A DNA stretch of 64,000 nucleotides from Klebsormidium nitens (lineage: Eukaryota; Plantae; Klebsormidiophyceae). The stretch spans positions 124,001 to 188,000 of the forward strand of contig DF237040.1 of NCBI GenBank assembly GCA_000708835.1, read 5' to 3'. Shown piece by piece: positions 24,327 to 37,900 of the stretch. The notes under the pieces were generated by a model, which saw only the letters and a program-made list of their open reading frames with translations, did not search any database and was not told where the DNA came from. The position numbers and the translations under genes were made by a program. Every line of letters begins with the position of its first letter. Position 1 is the first letter of the stretch.

Positions 24327-27165
24327 TCACGTGGGACTGGTCATTGCAGCGAGCCGCATTAGTTGCCGTTTATGGTACAGGATGCGCAACTGCTTATACT
24401 TGGGCATGAACTCCGACAACTCGATCCTCCCCCTGAGAAAGTCGTCGTGCAGGTTATCAGACTCCTCGTCTATCTCCTTTGCGGCACCTGTAGGCTCCAG
24501 AAAAGCACTTGTTACTACAGAGTTCGTCAAATGTGTCCTTGGTCGGCACTTTGGAAAACTGGGCGTGACGCAAATTCGATGTGGGTGCACAATTTTGGCC
24601 GTGTCGAACCCCTGGGCATTCTCGCAGTGTATGAATCCACACCAAGGTCACCACCCAAATTCGTGCTGCTCCAGCGCGGACAAGTTTGGCAAAAACGTCT
24701 GTATATTTTTCACGCATCTCCAACAGCATAATCCGGTCCTTACTTGCCCTCTAACACTCCAAGCCTCAAAAAGACAGCGGAGAGAAACAAAGAAGAAGCG
24801 AACGCACGGAACTACTCAGCAAAAGGCCTCTGCGTTCTCACGCAGAACGAAAAGCAGTTTCTATTCCCGGCCTTGCTTCCGCATGGAGTCAGCTGCCACA
24901 GTAAATGACGTACTTAATAAATTCGTCTAGAGGCCAATCCAGTTCACATAAGCAACCCGTAAATGCCTCTCAGAACATAAATGGATCCGTAAAGCTGATG
25001 TAGCTCGAGCGCCCAACAGCGAGCCACTTCGAATGACCGGTGCAGCCGGTCAAACGGTGGCTGGCAAGCTTTGTTTGTTGGCCCGCTTTCGTGAGAACAA
25101 AGAGAAGAAGAATCACAGTGGCCCAGAGCTTTCCTGCAACAACCGTCGAGAGTACAATGATCGTTTGTCTTGCTGTGTCTCACGCTCAAAGCAAACATAA
25201 TAGAGGGAGAAAATGAAAGAAAAGCAAAACAGGCTTTTGCTACAAGTGATCGAATCCTCTATTTAGATTTGTCATTCATCGATGTAGGCGATCCAGCAGG
25301 GACAGCGGCGGGAAGCGCGACGAGATGCCCTCCTCGCAGCGCTGTGCTTCGATCGAAGTTGTAAGAATCAACCGAGAAGGACAGCGCCAGAGATCATAGA
25401 ATTCCATAAACGTCTCACAACTTACGATGTAATCGGTCGAGCAGGGACTGCGGCGAGAAGCGCGACGAGATGGCCTTCTCGCGGCGCTGCGCCTCGTCGA
25501 GCTGTTGCCGCGCGGCGGCGACCTCCGTGGTGCGGATGATGTTGCACTGGTTGCGCAGCTCGCTCACCTCGTTCTCGCGCGCCAGGTTGCGGTGCGCGAG
25601 GTCGAGGTTGCTCGAGCGCAAATCGTCGCGCAACTGAGAAACCAGGAGAAGGCGCGTCAAGATCTTTAGTAAACCGAGCAGACGTGAAGCAGGGTTTGAT
25701 TGGCAAGGAATAGCGCGTCGAAGTGCGGCAGCAACGTCCCAATACTAGCGCGTAGGCCGCCGTGCGACTGGAAATAAACAGGGCAAGTGGAGGCTTCCGC
25801 ACATATCTACAAAGGGTGAATAGTCGGTCAGATGCTGTGTAGTAGCTCCGTGTTGCTAGGGCGGCAAATATCCCATCAGTGGCAAGTGAGGAATTTGACG
25901 ATCTTCAGTTTGACGAATTGCGGAGGTAAAGAGCACATGACTACCCACCTTTTCTGCATGTTTGACGCTCTCGATGCTGCTGAGGAATGCCTTGTACGCG
26001 CTTGGGTCCGTCAGCAGCCGTTGCAACTCCTCCGCACTGCAACGAAGAAACCGGAAAAGTGGGCGTTAATACCAGCCCATTCTCACCGCAGATTGATAGC
26101 GGTGCTCACAGCGTTGCGTCTCCTGAGCGGACGTCCGCCGACTCTTTGAATCCAATCAACTGCGCAGCGTATGAAAGATTGGAAGAACCTGTCGAGACGG
26201 GTTTGTACAAGAAGCCGCATCTCGTCAAGGATTTTGGGCCGTTACGTGAACAAACAACCCTTCTGCAAATCATCTCCTGGCCCGTTCTGTAAGATACGTA
26301 CTTTCAAAGATCCGGGTCGGAGCCGTCATCAAGCGAGTCCATTATGTCACCTGAAAGTTTTCCACACGCAGAGTCTCGTGCAACAACGCACCCTCAAGAA
26401 CTCTGGATCCGGATTCCTTGGAATCGAAAGGGCAGAAAGTTTTCCTACTTCTCAGGAATGATCCGCTCACCTCTTGTCTCTCAACGACGGAAAAGTTGTC
26501 GGTATCCCAGGCATGGGCGACGTGCTCCGGCCGCTGCTCCCTGCTGACCCAGGGGGGCTGCCGATTGGGCTATTGCCAGCTCGAGAGTACCCCCCCGAAC
26601 CACTATACCCGGTATTCCTGGAAAACATGGTCACAGAAACGGGTAAAAAATGTCGAAAAGTGTGACGGGCACCTATTGGCCTTTGAAGGCGGCAACATGC
26701 ACACGCGTCGATGACCGCTTGCTAAGACGGATACGAAAGGGTCCTTCCAGACAGGGCATTCATGCAGAGTCTTTGAACCCAGTGCAGACTGGAAAGTAAA
26801 GCCCGCCTGACCCCTGACGGGATGCAATGTCACCTTTGGATCCGGAAACCGCAAAGCTTTGCAGAAACGGAATAGTCGGTAGCCAACAGTCGTTCAGATC
26901 GACCGACCAAACAGTAACAGGTTACGAACGTAGCAAAAGTTTCTTTGAAATCGTAAGTCCCACCTTCTGCAGCCCTGAAATTTCTGCAGACCGTGCACGT
27001 GATTGCTCTGGAATCAGCACCAAGCGGAGGATGCTTCTCCTCTTCCCCCTGCAGAATCTCCAAGTGTCTTTGCAAAGGAAAGCAGAAGAATTTTTCGGGT
27101 CGTAGAGTGGCTCTTGCGAAAAGTGGTGCAAGTGAGACTCACCCGTAGCCTCCTCTGTATGACAT
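24327..27165 (-). CDS. VPS37: ESCRT-I subunit VPS37 (Mod(r) domain), ~208 aa, 5 coding exons
   Basis: complement join(27165..27143,26617..26471,26036..25949,25633..25426,24487..24327) = 627 nt. Motifs FPSLRDKSAEELQRLLTDPSAY, ELRNQCNIIRTTE, FSPQSLL, IDEESDNL, KYKQLRILYHKR, AAMTS. Further spliced leader exons probably lie upstream. Confidence 0.9.
25276..25350 (-). pseudogene. Degenerate intronic copy of the 3' part of VPS37 exon 4
   Basis: Reads EAQRCEEGISSRFPPLSLLDRLHR* against exon EAQRREKAISSRFSPQSLLDRLH (25495..25426). The donor GT is absent in the copy. Confidence 0.9.
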
Positions 27166-28621
27166 CTTGTTGGCCACCAGCAGATCCACTAACGGCTTCT
27201 GCACAAAGAATTGACAAGATTAGCAATGATGAAAAAGCCCTTCGCAAGGCTCACTCAAAACTTTCGAACCCACAAAAGCTGCTCTATTCGTGATATCCTT
27301 TGTCGAGTCCTCATCAGGAACTTGGATGTGGCAATCAGACGTTGTTCAAAATCCACTGGCCCGGGATACCAGAGCTGCAAGTCATCATCGCCACAGCTGG
27401 ATCAGTCTACGAACTTTGAAAAACGTCAAAATAAGACACAAAGTCATACTTCAGGTCCAGATGTTGGATTTTTGCCAACTGTCGTTCATTACTAGATCTT
27501 TTTGACACATGGTGCCTTTGAGCTGCACGGATGCAGTAACCCCTGCTCTAGATCCCACTTCCTCCGGGCGTCTCAAGTCACGCACAAATGGCGCACCGCT
27601 TGAACGATCAAAGCACCACTTAAGGCAACGTGCTTCACGCCAACAAAAATACACCTCGCATTGCTTATCATTTGACGTCATGCAGATTTCTCTTCAAGTT
27701 ACTCTCTTGCTGAAAAGTGGTGCGGGCGAAAGCAGGTGGAATCTCTGAAGGCACGGTCTGCAACAATACTAAACCCTTTCATGGCATCCTTGTTTAAAAG
27801 AACCTTTGCATGTCCTTGGTGCGCCTGCTTCATTCGGGGCTGACAAGCACACGCCTAACCTTGTTCATCAGTCCGACCAATTCATTGAGAAGTGGGCCAG
27901 AACAAGGGGCATAAGCGGGAAATACGATCATGTCTATGTTTGTGGGCAGGGGGTGGCCCCACTTGTTAAATGGCCAAGTTATCGTACGAACCGCTGCGAT
28001 TGCAAATACACGAAATAGGAGCAGCATTCTTCAAAATTTGAGTTTCAAAATAATCTAGGTATCAAGGGGGAGTGCACAATGAAGCTGCATGGTGCTATTC
28101 TCGCATCCATTGGCGTCGAGTTACTTTCAAAGTTGTGGTGCGCTGCTGAGAGCCAATCGATATCGACTCCATGGAGTGCCATTGCTCAGCTCTGAGCCTC
28201 TGAAAGCCACAAACAAGCAGAGGAAAGATTGGGCAGAATGAGAAAACTTCCGGCGTTCTTGATTGGTCGAAGCTGCACATCCCAGCTCTCATATTTGCAC
28301 CACCGCAAGCTGAACTGGTATTTTACAGCATCCTCGGCAATCCATGACAGAGTAACGATCAAGGAGTCACAACCCACCAGCAAATTTGCAATGTAAATTT
28401 CTTGTCGCCTTGGCTCTGCCTTCTGCCCCACTCAGACTCGAGACTCTGCCCTCAGGGTCAGCCGCTCCAACTCTTGGAATTGTGCTTCTTTCCAAGCTGA
28501 AGATCGACCTTGAAAGCGCCTCCTCCAGCCGACTTTCCCCCCTGTAGAGCTGAACTTGCCATTGCCAGCAATTCTCGAAATTTTGACAAATTGTGAAGAG
28601 TTGCAAGACTCTCGCACTAGC

Positions 28622-28630
28622 AAACCCTAA
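28622..28630 (+). promoter_or_regulatory. Telo-box AAACCCTAA in the divergent VPS37/APC6 promoter
   Basis: Exact AAACCCTAA about 360 bp upstream of the APC6 ATG. A single short motif. Confidence 0.4.
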
Positions 28631-28984
28631 TTCTCTGTTCCTGAGGCTGCTCGACAGCTTGAAACCTTGAGCATATGTTTTTAGGCGCTTGCAACAGTCT
28701 GAAAGTGCACCAGCCCTGAGATTTAAAAGTTGACCAGTAAGTTTCTACAACACTGTCAACAGCACTCCTTCTGGCAATTCAGTCGTCTTAGAATCTGTAG
28801 GAGTGTCTGGTGGTTCTGGAAGCAGAACCTTGCATTGCAGTGCTTAGATCAATCGTTCACACCAAAACGGGTGTTCTTTCAACGCGTGACATTGGGCGGT
28901 AGGATTAGCTGCACACTCAGAATAGTGCGCTCCGTAGGAATTCTCAGCGGTGCGACTCTGCACCCATTGAACCAAAGTGCCACC

Positions 28985-31900
28985 ATGAATTTGGAGAAGC
29001 TGCGATCGGTGGTGCGCGACGCCCTTGGGAAGCACCTCTACTCATCGGCAATCTTCTTTGCTGACAAGCTGGTCACTGTCTCTGGGGCCGCTGCCTCGGA
29101 CGTTTACCTTTTAGCTCAGGTGCACCGAACTTGCACCGGTTCTTTGTGAACACAGTGTGGTTGAGAGAGCGCATGTGTGTTGTAGGACCGCAGGATCACA
29201 AGTAGTAGTTTTGGAGCTCTCTTTGAGCCACGCTTATCAAATCTTGGTTGAAGCTTTGTTTGAAAGACCTCTTTGAAGTGGAGGCAAGGATTCCAAGAGG
29301 TAACTAAGCTGCCCTGGGTGTGGGCATGGGGCCTGATGACTGATTCTTGATGTGGCGCCTTGCACCGGCTGCCAAAGGTGGTTGGCACCGACGGCTGAAT
29401 GCATTCCTGCTTAACCCGGCACATTGATAAGTCTCTCAAGCACTTATTCTGATCAATGATGGGGTCCCCTCACTCCCTTACGAGGCGCTTCTTGTTCCAT
29501 CTCCTCAAGAGTCTGCTTTGGCAATCAATCACTGCCTTTCTATCGGAGGATGCCCTAATGAACCTTCTCACTAGTTGAGTCCTTTGATGTAGATCAGAGT
29601 GATGGCACTTTGAGCTCCACTGCCTTTTGCATTAGATTCCCTCCACCTACATGTTGCTCAATAAGATGCGAACCTGATCACAGGAGTGTTGCCAAAAAGC
29701 TTCAAACCTGGGACTAGATTACGAACAGTAGCCCCCGCAGTTGCAGCTTGCCTCCCATTGCATGCCACTTTGCCCTCCATTGTGGTGCAAGTTTACTTGG
29801 TCTAAGAGCTTTGCTCCATAAATTAGAAAGGATACACATGTTCCCAAACATGGCAGTGAAAACTTTCAAGAGACAATATCCTCCCAACCTGCCCAGGCGT
29901 ACTACCTAAGCAAGCAGTACCAGCGGGCGCTACACTTGCTGCGGCAAGAGCACCTGCTGACGGCTGATGACCGCTTCAAGTACCTGGCTGCCCGATGCCT
30001 GGTGAGATTGCTTGTCTCTGTCTTCGTAAAGTTCAGGGACAGGCGAGAGCATCGAGCACTAATTAGGCCTTGCACCTGTGTTGCCTCGTTTTTGGCCTCC
30101 TAAGAAAGTGAAGCTGAGATTCGGGAAGAAGGCCACCCTGTTCAGACTCTTTGGTTGTGGTGACGGTACATATTTAGACGATGGCTTCAGATGGCTTTGT
30201 TTCACCAAGAACTTCTGAGCTGGAGGAAGAAGGTAAAATTTTCTCATCTGGCTGGAACACTTCTGCGATGTTGAGTCCTCTGTGATGACGGATTCATCTT
30301 TTTCAGCTCCTGCAATGGTGACCGAAGGGAGGTCCAGCCTGATTGTCGATTTGTTTGATGTCATCAACGAAAGTGTTTCACGGCTCAAGAGCCTTCTTTC
30401 TCTATCCACTTGCACTCATTTTACACTGAAAAACCCCCCTGGGACACACGAGAATCCAGCATCACGTCATGGTATGTATCTCTCAGGCGGAGCTGAAAGA
30501 GTGGGACGAGTGCCTGGTGATGCTGGGGGATGACGAGAGCCTGGCCGAGCAAAGCGGCCAAGCCAGCGAGGGGGAAAGCATGGAGCTGAATGGGGAAGGC
30601 AGGGAGATCAACGTAAGGGCTTCAATCAACCCAGTTTTTAAAGTTGAACCGGGTGGGGTTTGTTTGAGACAACATGGCAGTGTGCGGACTACCAAAGTTT
30701 GATCATTTAAGTCGCTGCCGTGCAGTTTGCTTTGGCGTACCCTACGTGCTTGAGTTACGAGCCTTCGAGATTGGGGAACCGTTTGACAGTTGTCCATTCA
30801 AGGGCCAACGCAAGAGCAAAAGCCCAATCCTTCTTTTGTACGCGGTGGCCTCGCCCTGCCAAATCCTTGCCAAATCAGTTTTGTTTGAGCTTGCGCTGTT
30901 TGAGTTTGCGCAAGGAATGCACGAAGATCGAGGTTGCTTGTCTTTCAAGATGCATCTTTACGCCTTGCAGATTGTTGCAGCGAACTGTCTCCTTCGAGGG
31001 CGGGCGTTTGAGGCGCTGGACAATCGGACAAAGGCCCTCTTCTGGTCAGTGTCCCAATCCTTTTCCTTGTGTTCGTCAAGACTCTTTTGTGATGGATACT
31101 TCGAACAGAATACTCGCATGGTGGTTCTGATGTCTCGTAAGTGTAATTGATCTCCCCTGGAACAACTTCCCTCAAACAAAATCAAAGGACGCAAGCGACG
31201 GAGTCATGTGAAAGCCTGCCATGTTGTCCCCTTCTTCCACAATTCACTGGGCACGGTCGACATCGGTTGAATTGTCGCACGTTTGGCGAGATGTACCCAC
31301 TTCTGTGAGCATTACTGGTCTGGTTTCAAACCTGACCACATGCTAAATTCGAGCACTTAGCGAATGTAGCTCACAATCTTCGTTGATGCAAACCTTGACA
31401 GGAAGATTGTTGACGTCATACTGACGGATGTTTTCACCGACTGTGCAGGTACAAGGCGACACTCCGAGCGGATCCGTATTGCTACGAGGTGAGTTTACTG
31501 TGTGTTTCGATAGGTGCCTTGTCGAGTCGTCAAATGGCTGCTCAACTTTCGGAAGCTGCCGTCGAAATCGAAACTTCGATTCTCGAAAGCTGATGAAGCT
31601 GACCCTGTTTCCAGTCAGGCCTGAGCTAGAACGGGTGACAACCGTGCATGCTGTGAAAGTGCTTGAATGTAGAAAGCTAGGACGGTCAGAAAGTCTCGAA
31701 AGATGGAACTCAATGTTCGTGTTCCTCCGCTCTCGCAGGCCTTCGAGCATTTGTTTGACAACCGCATGCTATCGGCGGATGCAGGTGAGACAAGGAACCT
31801 TGCATCCAGGACCCCTCTCATTGTGTGGCTGATTTCCGCTGTGCAAATACCGTCTGCCTTCCATCACGAGCTCAGCTGTTCGCATAGCAATTGACTTGTC

Positions 31901-34900
31901 TAAGCAGTTAGACTGCGTTTCTACCGCGTTTGTTTATGTATCGATTTTCATGATCACTCGGTTTGCTGGATTTTGACGAGAAGCTCGTCCGATCATTGCA
32001 GAAGCGAAACTCTTAGACTCGTTGAAGTTCCCGGCGGAAGACCGGTGGCTGGCGCTGCTTTACCAGTGCAAGAGCGTGAAGGTGTGCTTCGGAACCTCTC
32101 TCGGTTGGCTTCGACCTCGGTTCGACCTAGATCTGATGGGCCTTAGAGCAGCTGAGCCGCTGTCTCGGTTGATTGCGGTGCTCACCCAGAGCTATGTATG
32201 CGTTTCTTAGGACATTCGCCCTGGATCCTCTAGCATCAAATCGATTCGGCAACGAGCAGGCAAGGCAAAGGGTATAGTTCTGCGAAATCATATTGTTCTT
32301 TCGCGCACAGTTGTACATACTTTCTTTTGCTGCAAGGTCTTCATATTTCAATAAGCACGCTTCCTTTGGAAGCGCACTCCGTCTACAGCTGCAGCTGTTT
32401 GAGGAGCGCGCTGCAAGATGGTACAACCTCTTAACCGTGTCCGCTCGAAAGGACCCACCTGTCTTTCTTCATCTGGTCGTCTTTTTGAACAAGTTCTGGT
32501 TTCTGAAAATTTCCTTTCAATCTCAAACTCCGGCCATTCAGCGGCTCGCAGCGGCCATTGAGGAGCGCGCTGCGGAGCTCCAGCGGTCGACACTTTCGAC
32601 CCGATCTCAACACTATTCGCGCTTAACGACTTCGCGATTTACATGTCTGTCCCCATTGTCGCCCTCATTTTACCTTTCCGCAGGAAAAGCGTTCCTTGAT
32701 TACTTCGTTCCCTCTTAACAGTTCGGCCCGCCACTATCTGAAATGTTTCTCGTTCTTTCTGACAGTTTGGCCAGCGGCTGTTTGAGGAGCGCGCCGTGGA
32801 GTTGGAGCGGTCCGCCGATGACGCGCCTAGCACGAGCGGGAGCGACGGGTGGGGGCTGCGGGGCAACGGGGACCTTTTGGCCTGCCGCGCTGATAACCTG
32901 TACCACCGGGCGGAGTACCAGCAGTGCTACGACCTGACGAAAAGGTGACGATTGTCCGACGCCTGACTTACGAGCACCATTTGCACTGACTTCTAGTGTG
33001 CCTGAGGGCTGATACAAGAGCGCAACCAAGCCACTAAAAAGCAGGGGTCTAGTTACAGGTGCTTGAGAAGGCTCGGTCTTGGAAGCGGAGTGTCGGCCAA
33101 ACGATATCCTTTTTCCGAGTGATGGTGCCATCTTCGCCATCCTCTTCGTTCGTTCGACAGAACTTCTCTCTGCCCGCTGGATTGCTTTGACCAGATGATT
33201 CAGTGGCCGGAACAGACTTTCTGGGCCAGGACCTTAGCATAGACATCACCACCTCACAAAGTCTCGAAGCGCCGGGCCCGCGACGGCATGAAGTGATTCT
33301 TCAGTCAGGACCTTCTTCGTCGTCGTCAACGCCTGTGACTCTTCCTGGGGCGTTCGACTCGTACCGAGCGCTTCCGCTTTGGATATTTCCCTCCAAGTGT
33401 TTCTTCGAGGACAGAAGACCTTTGATCTCATGACGTGCATCAGATGCTTTGTGCCAACGGCGAGGCGTAATTTCGAGTCACCCTCAACCCTGCAGCGTAC
33501 TCGAACGGGACCCGTATCACTTGGCGTGCATGCCCGTCCACGTGGCAGCCGCTCTGGAGCTGCGGCGCAAGAACGAGCTGTTTCTGCTCGCGCACAAGCT
33601 GGTGCAGGAGTACCCCCAGAAAGCCGTCGCGTGGTTTGCGGTCGGGGCCTACTACAGCTGCATACGGAACTACGACTCCGCGCGGCGATATTTCGCGTAA
33701 GTCGGGGTTAAGGTTTCAGCCTTTTGGGCTTTGAGATTGTACTGCTCTATGCTGCCGTGCTCGTTTATAGAGCGTGGTTCATTTTCCAAATCTGCAGCTA
33801 TTGTATAGTCAAAAGCGGATCGACGATGAGGGGTTACAACCTTGGCCGCTGTGCCACTGGTTGGTTCTTTGGTACGTCCCCTGATGTCGCCGGCTGAGCC
33901 CGTCACCACAGCTCTCGCTTCAAATTTGATTTTCCGGTCCCGTCCTTAACTTGGTGTGTGTCGCTCTTCAAGCCCTTGTCAAGCTTGGTTTCCTAGTCGT
34001 CCATGTCCTCTCGAGAATTGTTGTCCAGGCTTCTTTGTTGTCGTTATCAATCCCGCTCACGGATCTCATAGCTCACTGTTCTTGCAACGTGGTCCGCTCT
34101 TTGATGGTGCATACCCGTGTGAGCAAAGCCTGCCTTCTGATTGAATGGATACCCGCACCTTTCCTTATAATACCTCTTTATCGGCTGTTTCCTGAGGGCT
34201 CCATTCTGCACTGATGGACGTTTCTGGGTTCACTCCACTGCGCTTGATGGGATTCACATTCCAACCACTCATCAGCTCTCCGAGACCCTGGGGATACGTC
34301 CTCCTCACTTCATTTTACGGTCGTACTTCCTTTGTTGCAAAAGCTTACAATGATGGCCTGGCAAAATAGGGTCACTTGGGGGCCATGGTGTGCATGTGCT
34401 TCGTGTGGCCGAATGAGCCAGTTGTGTTGTTGTTGGCACTGAACGCCCTCGCTCTGGTGGAAACCGAGCACTGAAGTGTGGGTTGAAGTAGGCAGTCGAT
34501 GAGACTCCGCAACGACATGCAAACGTACGAATTCTGAGTCCTGAAGCCTAGATTTCTGAAGATCAAACTCCGTTTTATCTTGGTAAGGATGCCGGTAAGA
34601 CTATCTTCGATGCTAGCGGACGTGTCTGTTAACCACGCTCTGGTGCACGTGGATGTAGGCCGCAATAGGAGTGTGCCTGCGAACCTATTTGGACGGGTTT
34701 ATTTTTATGCTTTTACTGCATCTTTCTGCATCTGATGAATCGATTCTACTTACTTCATTTCTGTCCACGTCCTTCGTGCTCAGCAGTCAGTCTAATCGTG
34801 TAGGCAAAAATCCATTTCGAAGGGCATTGCTGATGTCGTTTCTTGCGACCTAGGCAACAAGTCTAAATGACAAAGGAGGATTTCCGGAAGGCAATGACCG

Positions 34901-37900
34901 ACGGTCACTTTGATGGACCCAGTCACACACTTACACGGGTGTCTGTGTTGATTGCCCTCCAATCCTCGTGAATCCAATCAAACGGTCTCTCTAATCGGAG
35001 TTTCTTATGTTGCCCTCGATCCTTGTGGCACTCTCCGGGCCGCCTCGTTGAGCACCTAGTGATAAGTGCGTGCACCTTGATTTGTTCAAAATCTATAGCT
35101 TCTGTCAATTCCATCTAACCCAAAAGCTTTTGACGGGTCCTTTACACTGATGGTACATTGTGGTGCCATTAGGAGCAGTCTTTGTAATGGTTCTCAAGTT
35201 GCCCCTATTGTATGCGATTCTATCCTCTAACTTTGCTTCCGTTCTTTAGAACTGTGCTCGTCTATTATAATTGTGGTGCGTCGAGCTTCGGGCTTAAGAC
35301 GATCACGACAAGTGCCCCTGGTCGTCCAAGGCCAGGAAATTCATCTCGCAACAACAATCACGGCGTCGATCTTATGACCTTCTTTAAAAAACCTCTGCTC
35401 TAGTCGACGGATGTTTCGCTGTGATTGTCCCCATAGAGTGAATGCAGCATCGGAAGCAGGCAATTGTACAAGTGGCAGAAGTGCGAGCCAATCACTTGTC
35501 ACGCTCGCGGCTCTAGTAGCACCTGCGGTGATTGTACTCGCCTGGCGGTATCGCCATCACAACCAAACAAGAGTCCTTGAAGTCGAAAAGGTGACACGTG
35601 TCAGTTGCTTCAACTAGTAAATATAGTAACCCGTCTCAAGCCATTTTGAAGGTTTGAAGGCGTCTGAAGGCGGCAAATTTTCGAGGGCCGTGAAGATGGT
35701 CTGGGCGACACTGCCAGACAGCGTGTCCTCGAGTCCCTGTGTTCACTCTCGTCTTCAACCAACAGCAATGCGAGCCTGACCGTCTTTACAGATAGCAATC
35801 TCAGATGGAACGCTGAGGGACGAACAGAACTAAGCCGTATTCTGGATTTGTACGCTCGCTCAAAGGAAATACTCGAGGCCTGCAAATATCAGAACGTCCC
35901 GGTCCCCTGTTTTACCTAGCACGGTCGATAGGGTTGTTGCCACTCTGTCTTATGCCTTGTCTTTTGTGTGCCGTCAGTCAATGCGTCTCCTCAGGGCCTG
36001 GCTGTTCAAAAGCAACAGACTTGGCTCCGTTGCCTTTCCTTTAGCAGTTTCTGTCAATTGGACAGTGAAGATGGTGCATGCTGGCGAGACAAGCCAAGCA
36101 TGAGGCTGCACTCCCTGATGCCCGCAGGCTTTGGTGCGCTTCTAGAAAACCAGTGCTGCTTCCAAAGACGCGACTTGGAAGCAGACTGCTTGGGGCGTTG
36201 ATCGAAGGAAGAGACGACCGGTAAAGCCCCGTCGTTTGCACGATAAAAAAACTCGGTCTCTTTTGATTGTGCGTTTGCTGCCGGAAAATAAAGTCATGCC
36301 CAAGAGCTTGGCACTCGGGGCATCGTCAACCTTATGGGTCCTGGTTACGTACTTGAGGTTCTTGGTAAGAGGTACGTTCACGCGGGTCCCTATCGCCTCT
36401 CATTGGCCCACTGATCGGCCCGCTTTGCTGAGGTTGAGACGTCAAACAAAGCAATTTGAGTCCTGCTTTTCGACCTCTAAAGCGCTTCTTGCGCTCTCGG
36501 CGTCGTGCCCTGAGTTATTCCCGTCATCGAGTCATCGCCGCATACTGCGGTCCCCACCAATAGGTTTCCTTCTTTTAATTTGGATCACTTTACAGCAGGA
36601 GCGGATTCACAAGCTTCCAAGCAGATCTTTTGGTGGCATGATGTGCCCACAGTTTCTATCGACCCTGGCCATAATTGGCCAGCACCTCCTTTTCAACGAG
36701 CACTGAGGCCCCACACTTATGTTGGACAGCCCTCCAGTGATAGTCCTGCATTTGCTTGTTGGGACGCATGGAGGCTAAGCGTATCCAAGTTGGTTGACTT
36801 GTCACGCTCTCGCTTTGACAGCCTTTGGAGCACTGAACGCCGGGGCTTGTCACGTGCTTCGTTCTTCCGCAAGGCGTTCAGTGAAAGTCCATGTGCGGAA
36901 AGGCCGTCGGGACGCCAGGCAAAAGATGGCCAGCTGCTTAGCGTGAATCATTGCCAGCTCCGCCCATTGATCGCCCTTCTTTTCGAGGTCATAATCTATG
37001 ACCTGAATGACCATAGAGTCATTTCCGGCAGTGTGATTGCCTCTTGTTGCCTTGAAATCGAACTAGAGGCTCCCCTGATAAGGTGATATTGTTCCCCTCA
37101 ATCGAGTCGAAAATTCTGGTCAGCCTCTTACACTTGTGCGACTATTGCATTTTCAAACGGTCTTTGGGATGTGAAATAGTAAGTGTCAGCCAGTATCCGC
37201 AGACAGGCCTTTCGTCTCCATACGAGGAGATAATTCCCGTTGTGACAACGTTGTGATTTTCAACACTATGATGCACAAATCACATTCTGTTGGGCACAGC
37301 CGAAGCGCTAATCATTACTCGAACGAGGCCTGGAAAGGGAAGATGAAGCACGTCAGTTCGTGTCCAGGCAGCGTGTGTAAATGAAAGCTGGCAACTTTCG
37401 AAGATTGCCTACATTGTGGCCGAGCCTTTGGGAGCAAGAGACGCTTGTATTATCGGGAACGCCACAAAAAACAAAGCGCTCTCTCGCTTTTCCGATTCAA
37501 AAAGACCTGTTGAAACGTTCTTGAAAGCGAGCTCGTCGCTCGGTCTTGCACTTTGTGTCAATCTACATGGAGTGGAGCCCCACAGCTTCAGCAGAAGCCT
37601 TTTCGGAAATGCTAGTCTCACTTCCATCTCTTTTCGCTGAGGAAAGTGGTTTGTTTACTGTATGCGAGACTACTCTCTCCATTGTCGTTCTTGGTCTTTC
37701 GCCTCCGCGTAATACCACCGCGAATCTTTGTCCTGCTCGCTCTGGCTTATGAAAAGAGATCCTTTGTGAATTATTACTGACTGATTCTGGTCAGCGGTAT
37801 TTTGATTAGCTTCAAGATGTCTTTTACGAGAATGGAAACATTCATCTTAGGCATCGCCGATATTTCTGCAAAATTCGATTTCCCAGGGCAATGACGATGT

